From: Paragordius varius
Taxonomy: Eukaryota; Animalia; Nematomorpha
Direction of reading: 5' to 3'
Assembly: GCA_964247055.1 (NCBI GenBank)
Contig: OZ176053.1
Location: 6,014,001 to 6,078,000, forward strand
DNA: 64,000 bases
This document shows positions 60,996-64,000 of the stretch, piece after piece. The position numbers and the translations under genes are program-made. The notes under the pieces were generated by a model. That model was not told where the DNA came from, ran no database searches, and saw only the letters and a list, made by a program, of their open reading frames with translations. The number at the start of each line of letters is the position of its first letter. Position 1 is the first letter of the stretch.

Positions 60996-63657
60996 TTAAA
61001 AATCAAAAATTTATAAACTAAATGGACCCATATGATTTTAACTTCAACCTCTGAATTTTGTTAACTTGTGTTTTTTCAAAAACACCCATTTTTATACGGG
61101 ATGGTGCAATATTCACCATCTGATTAATAAAGTTTCACTTATAATCGGTGCATAAAAAGGACTCTAATGTCTTACAGCAAGAAAACACCCATCCTATATT
61201 GTTTCAAAAATACATTTTTTTAGATTAAACATATATTTTTTGTACACTCTTAAACTCATATGTATTTCACATGAAAATTGGCAAAAATAATGTGGTTTTT
61301 ATGATAGTTAGTTCGAATTATTAATCACGTTTGTCCTTTGAATAAAAACATAAATATCCTTGTATTTTTTTTTTCATCGACCCGCTTCAATAATCTAATA
61401 TTTATCCTTATTATTTTTTTAATCACATTTTTTATTATAAGAATAATTCGCATTATCAATAATTGGAATACGATTATTTTTATGGTAATTTTATTTGCAT
61501 TGACTTTTGAATTTTAATTAAATTTTGTCTTTCTCTGTTTTTTTAATGTTTGCAGCAATATTTAACTCTCATTAATTGATAAGCTATCTGTTATTTTCAT
61601 ATTTAACAAGTCATTTGAAATACGATATTAATGATATGTAAATTTATACAATTTACAATATTTCTCAAACATTTATGGGAAAATTATTTATTTTTTTCTA
61701 TATAGTTGGTTAGTATAATAAAAAAATAATTTAAGCAAACTTGTTTTAATAATTAATTAAAAGTTTATGCAAAAAATTTTACATTTGAGAAAAACTAACA
61801 AATTATTAATTAACCATAAAATATTTTTAAATTTTTAGTTATAACATGTTTTACATCATAATCCGTTAACTAATTGTTTTGTTAATTAATCATTCGATAA
61901 TTTCCCTTTCTGTTTTTTTTTAAAAACAGATAAATAGTGACCCAATTTCCAGGATTTATGCAACAGCCATTGCAGGATTACTCATCATTTTTTTTCTTTT
62001 TGTTTAACTCTGTAAATTACGTTTCTCCAGATCCATTCTTTTTTGTTTTAACAAACACTACATTTTCCACCGCTTAAAATTTAATTCTCTGTAGCAAATA
62101 TATTGTTGCCTAATCTAAATATCATCTATTGTTTGTTCTTTTGTTTGGGATCTATTTATTGATTATTAACATTATCGCTATGTAATTCAATTGATTGAAA
62201 TGCTATATAAAAATCAAATATTTTTTGCTTTCTCTAATCTACGACTGGAGTAAAACAATCGTTTAATATTTGTAAGTTAATAATTTATGATATGCATTAT
62301 GAAATTTTTTAACAATAAATAACTCTAAATATCATATAATGCTGTAACGATTTAGCAGCTGAACCATGTTTTAATAATTTTTTTGAAAAATATTTTATTA
62401 AACCATAATATATAAATAAAAAATAAACTATTCAAGATGGAATAGAGCGGACCTATAACATTTTAAAAGCAATGGGTTGAGTAAACCTAAAATGGGCCTT
62501 CTTTGAGGATTTAAATTTTTACAAAAGTTTTTTTAGTAATAAAGAAATAAGTTCACCTGCAAAAAGATTTTGAGAAAAATGGAATTTAAAGCAAGATTAG
62601 TTTTTGTTATTCGTCTTTTTTTTATAAATGTGGTGGGTGTTTAATTTTTTTTGGTTTCGTTAACTCACTATAACTTTAAATGCTACACATATTAATTAAT
62701 TTATAATTAATTACAAATTTTATTGTGTAATAACAGTTGATGATGTTATCTATACATAAATATAAGCGTTGATTTCGCCTAATTTTTGCCGTGATCAAAT
62801 TAATATTATAAAAAACTATAATATATAAAAAATTTTAAATTTGGCATTGTACAAAATGACTCATGTAATATAATATATTTTTCCTGTTGCTTTTTACACC
62901 TTAATGGTGAGAGAAATACTCTCATTTTAATAAAAAGCAATAAAAATTTTACTTTTGTTCTTCCTTTCATATATGATATACCTTTTGTTGTTTTATACCT
63001 TTATTTATATATAGTCTAATTTTTGCTTTGAAGTGTCGCGCTTTTGTGTGACAATATTTTTGGTTGCCTAAATACATGAAAAATGGAAAATGGATGGATG
63101 GTACATTAAAGTTTTTTTGGTTTTGGTGTTCAATAAATGGCTAATTTACTTTCTTTTTTTGACGTTTTGATCTGGTAATTAGTGTAAAAATTTTAGGATA
63201 ATAAATAATTTTATTTTGGATATAAATTAATATTTTCTATATAATGTTAACTGAAAATAATCCTTAGTCAAGAGTTTTTAAATTTCCTTTGATAATATTG
63301 ATTAGAAGCCAAATTTAAATTCTATTTCATTACATAATATTTTGCTTTTTGATTTATCCAGATATATTTTTTATTGCAGATGTTATAGATTTAATTATAT
63401 ACAGTGAGCAATGGAATCACTAATATACTGTTTATATATACAATTTTTTCATGAACCTTTCATTTAATTTTTATCTTATCTTTTTAGCAAATATTTTTTA
63501 GAGATGAACACAGAAAAATTCATTCAAAAACACAGGAATATTCCAATGATTCAGTGTATATGGACTCATTCTAGACTTGAAACTTGAATCAAATTAATTT
63601 CAAATTAACTATTGCCATTTACAATTTTCCGTAATTTCCATATAATAATCACATTAC

Positions 63658-64000
63658 ATGGTTCAAGATGGCTTTAGTAACGCTAACATGTCTGCTGAAA
63701 ATGACAAGCAGTCAAATTATCCCACGCCTGGACCCGTGATAAATGATATTACAGACATGGTATCAACTTTGACAGAATCAATCCAAGGGATTCATTTATC
63801 TAATAATCATAATACTAATTTGCCGAAAACTAATATACGGATTTTAGCTAGCCATAGGGCTCGAAGGGTACGTTTTTACCGGGATGGAGATAAACTCCAT
63901 CGTGGTATAGTTTATGCCATCTCTCGAGAACGATATGGAAGTCTAGATGCCTTGATCAAAGATCTTAATCGATCCTTAGCCGGTGATAATAGGAGTCATC
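63658..64000 (+). CDS. 5' part of a doublecortin-domain protein (DCX/DCLK/ZYG-8 family), runs off the window
   Basis: Open frame from ATG 63658 (in-frame TAA at 63643). HRARRVRFYRDGDKLHRGIVYAISRERYGSLDALIKDLNRSL matches the first DCX repeat (KVRFYRNGD..FKGIVYAVS.DRFRSFDALL.DLTRSL). Absent from the ORF track because no stop is reached. Confidence 0.88.
   Translation, partial: MVQDGFSNANMSAENDKQSNYPTPGPVINDITDMVSTLTESIQGIHLSNNHNTNLPKTNIRILASHRARRVRFYRDGDKLHRGIVYAISRERYGSLDALIKDLNRSLAGDNRSH

Noticed and set aside
63504-63587. 27-codon ORF upstream of the DCX start
   Set aside because: No similarity to anything I recognise and no GT-AG join to the DCX frame; whether it lies in the 5' UTR is unknown.

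Overview
AT-rich eukaryotic DNA, most likely from an animal; the organism cannot be fixed from sequence alone. By joining exons by hand I reconstruct eight host genes: RPB6/POLR2F (-), RCC1L/WBSCR16 (+), two intronless class-A peptide-type GPCRs, HPRT (-), a divergent MEI1 orthologue (+), SNRK (+), and the start of a doublecortin-domain gene running off the right edge. The rest is transposon-derived: a rearranged Ty3/Gypsy LTR element inside an RPB6 intron, several RTE-type LINEs, and hAT, piggyBac-like and palindromic non-autonomous DNA elements. The most striking result is a set of 16 GT-AG micro-introns of 22-31 nt, each needed to restore the frame or remove a stop. Three sit at the human HPRT intron 1-3 positions. 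They coexist with introns of up to 6.6 kb, cluster at gene 5' ends or fill a whole gene (MEI1), and are absent from SNRK. Other highlights are a 5' fragment of RPS25 mRNA captured inside the Gypsy composite, and RPB6/RCC1L start codons only 44 nt apart head-to-head. Exon models are manual and need RNA-seq confirmation. Family assignments rest on recalled motifs, not database searches.
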